Shown here in pieces: positions 50,059-52,115 of a DNA stretch of 52,115 bases. A program made the translations under genes and the position numbers. Below the pieces are notes generated by a model. The model was not told the origin of the DNA. It was given only the letters and a program-made list of their open reading frames with translations, and searched no databases. The DNA comes from an uncultured Acidobacteriaceae bacterium. Lineage in GTDB: Bacteria; Acidobacteriota; Terriglobia; Terriglobales; Acidobacteriaceae. Position 1 is the first letter of the stretch; each line of letters starts with the position of its first letter. The DNA lies in NCBI GenBank assembly GCA_964244985.1, contig CAXTKZ010000003.1, positions 1 to 52,115 on the forward strand, written 5' to 3'.

Positions 50059-51426
50059 GTGCCTCCTTCCCTTCCCAAATTTTCTTGCCCCCACCTGCCT
50101 CCCGGCACGCGCCTAGGACTTGCCGTTTCCGGCGGGTCGGACTCCGTGGCCCTTCTGCGGCTCGGGGCCGAACTGGCCGGGCGTGCAGGGTGGATCCTGA
50201 CCGTGCTCCATATCGACCATGGGCTCCGCGGTGACGCTTCCGCGGCGGATGCGGCCTGGGTGGAAGCTTTGGCCGGTAGGCTCGAGCTGCCTGTTCAGGT
50301 ACTCCGGGGCAGCCTCCCTGACGTGGGGCTTGAAGATGCCGGTCGGCAGCTGCGCTATGGCTGGTTCCGGCAGCTGCTCGCGGGCGAGCTGGACGCGGTC
50401 GCGACCGGCCACACCCTCGACGACCAGGCTGAAACCGTGCTGGCGCACCTCCTGCGCGGTGCCTGGACCGCGGGGCTCGGCGGCATTCACCCGATAATGC
50501 GCGCGGCCGATCTGCCGGGCGACGCCCAACCGTCGGGCGGCGTCGTGGTCCGGCCCCTTCTCGGCGAACGCCGGGCTGCCCTGCGGACCTGGCTCGGGAG
50601 CCTCGGACAGGATTGGCGCGAAGACGAAACCAACACAAGCCCGGCATTCACCCGCAACCGCATCCGGCACCGGCTGCTGCCGGCGCTCAGCGAGTTCAAC
50701 CCGCAAGCGTCGGAGCACCTGGCCCAGGTCAGTGTGCTGGCCCGCGAGGATGAGAGCTGGTGGCAGGCCGAAGTCGAGCGCATTCTGCCGGATTTACTGC
50801 TTCCCGGCCGCGCGGTTCGAGGAGGCGGACGTGCTTCCTCCACCCTGCCCGGCATGCAATCTCTTGCCATGGAAGTTGCCCGGCTGCGCGCTCTGCACCC
50901 GGCCCTGGGGCGCCGCGTACTGCGGGCCGCCGCCGGGCAGCTCGGGGTATCAGTTGATTTCAAAGAAACCGACCGGCTGCTTACCTTGCTAGAGGGCCCT
51001 GCCGGCAGCACAGCGCGCCGCGAGCAGTTGACAGCTGAGCTGCGGGCCGAACGCACAGCGCGCGAGCTGCGGTTTGTTCTCGACAGAAACGATACAGTTC
51101 AGGCAGATGAAATCCCGGTGTCCATCCCCGGCGAGGCATCCGGCTTCGGCGTCCGGCTCCGGGTCGATGCTCCGGGCGAAGGCCCGCACCCTCCCGCGAC
51201 CTTGCGCGCGGCCCGCCCTTCCGACCGCGTCCGCCTGCGCCACTCCTCCGGCGCGCCGAAGCGGATCAAAGAAGTGCTGGAACGCATGGGCATCGCCCCG
51301 CCCGCCCGCGCGGGCTGGCCGGTGTTGGAGTGGCAGGGGGAGATTGTCTGGATGCGCGGGTGTGCACTGGAACCGACGGCAGTCTCGTTAGAGCTTAGGG
51401 TTATGGTCGTTCCAGATCCTGCATAG
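50059..51426 (+). CDS. tilS: tRNA(Ile)-lysidine synthetase
   Basis: AVSGGSDS, IDHGLR, RQLRY, TGHTLDDQAET, RPLL, EDETN and RNRIR. GTG at 50059 preferred; the ORF track starts at 49921. Confidence 0.93.
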   Translation: MPPSLPKFSCPHLPPGTRLGLAVSGGSDSVALLRLGAELAGRAGWILTVLHIDHGLRGDASAADAAWVEALAGRLELPVQVLRGSLPDVGLEDAGRQLRYGWFRQLLAGELDAVATGHTLDDQAETVLAHLLRGAWTAGLGGIHPIMRAADLPGDAQPSGGVVVRPLLGERRAALRTWLGSLGQDWREDETNTSPAFTRNRIRHRLLPALSEFNPQASEHLAQVSVLAREDESWWQAEVERILPDLLLPGRAVRGGGRASSTLPGMQSLAMEVARLRALHPALGRRVLRAAAGQLGVSVDFKETDRLLTLLEGPAGSTARREQLTAELRAERTARELRFVLDRNDTVQADEIPVSIPGEASGFGVRLRVDAPGEGPHPPATLRAARPSDRVRLRHSSGAPKRIKEVLERMGIAPPARAGWPVLEWQGEIVWMRGCALEPTAVSLELRVMVVPDPA

Positions 51427-52115
51427 CTCGTGGATGGAAAGCATTTTCGCTCGGCTATGAATCATAGCGTGGCAATTGGGACAGACGGGAATTAAATCAT
51501 TAACCGGGTGGATCTTATGCTCACCTTGTGTGTCAGCAAGCTGAACCCGATGATGATGGACATGGATGAAGCCATGCCCTATATCTCCGTAGTGCTTGTG
51601 AAAATCAAACCCGCAGACAGCACAATTCACACCATAATGTTCTATACATTCCCGCCGAGCTTTTGCATTCCGCTCGATTCGCTCAACCATGGTAGCGGCT
51701 CTGCGCCCTTCCAAATACGAATCGATATCTGAATCAACCTCGCCGTCCTGCGCGCTTCCTGCGATCGGAACGAATTCGAAGCGGCTTTTGTCACGCAATT
51801 CGAGAAATCTAACTGCAAAGGTGTACGTGTAATTTTCCGTCGATTCATTGTCCTTCCGGCCTAACTTCAGATCAACAGCTCTGGCAACCTCCTTCGCTGA
51901 CTCCGCGTTGTTAAATTCCAGATAGCTGATGTAGTGACTTAGGTAGTCATAGTACATGCGGTGGCTGGCACCCTTGACGGATTTGTACCGAAAGTATTCT
52001 CCCTCAACAGATAGGATGTCGCAATCGGCCGCATTCTTATTCCGAGATGCCGACTTTACCCTCATGTTGACTTCGAAAACTGCGGCAAACTGAACTCTTC
52101 CAAAATCCTTCACTG
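51388..52115 (-). CDS. McrA-like HNH endonuclease (5' end probably outside the window)
   Basis: EG..ERNAKARRECIEHYG..CAVCGFDF..YG..FIHVHH..DLIPVCPNCHAMIH; clearly more AT-rich than the rest of the window. Confidence 0.85.
   Translation of the reverse strand, partial: VKDFGRVQFAAVFEVNMRVKSASRNKNAADCDILSVEGEYFRYKSVKGASHRMYYDYLSHYISYLEFNNAESAKEVARAVDLKLGRKDNESTENYTYTFAVRFLELRDKSRFEFVPIAGSAQDGEVDSDIDSYLEGRRAATMVERIERNAKARRECIEHYGVNCAVCGFDFHKHYGDIGHGFIHVHHHRVQLADTQGEHKIHPVNDLIPVCPNCHAMIHSRAKMLSIHELCRIWNDHNPKL

Overview
A GC-rich, mostly housekeeping stretch of bacterial chromosome, probably Acidobacteriota/Terriglobales (inferred from the Acidobacteria-type VWA protein, Uma2 gene and gene complement). 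Core genes are a partial galT (missed by the ORF track), yvcK-like, polA, queA, recG, pmbA, an M1 aminopeptidase, copCD, a tkt...HAD-zwf-pgl-glk pentose-phosphate block, GH15 and Tat-exported GH144-like glucanases, Mn-type sod, CCA-adding enzyme, tsaD, cysS, ftsH and tilS. Small accessory cassettes sit between them: two VapBC-type TA pairs with visible operators, a DUF6883/DUF4926 pair, Uma2, two HNH nucleases and orphan membrane proteins. I saw no rRNA, tRNA, CRISPR array, integrase or transposase. The best candidate for an undescribed system is 17661-19884: a sigma28-like promoter, then an intact GGDEF fused to a four-fold degenerate EAL domain, translationally coupled to a stand-alone BLUF photoreceptor, suggesting a light-controlled, motility-linked c-di-GMP module. 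A UvrC paralogue with an apparently dead GIY-YIG site follows it directly. All family calls come from motif recognition by eye; no database search was run.
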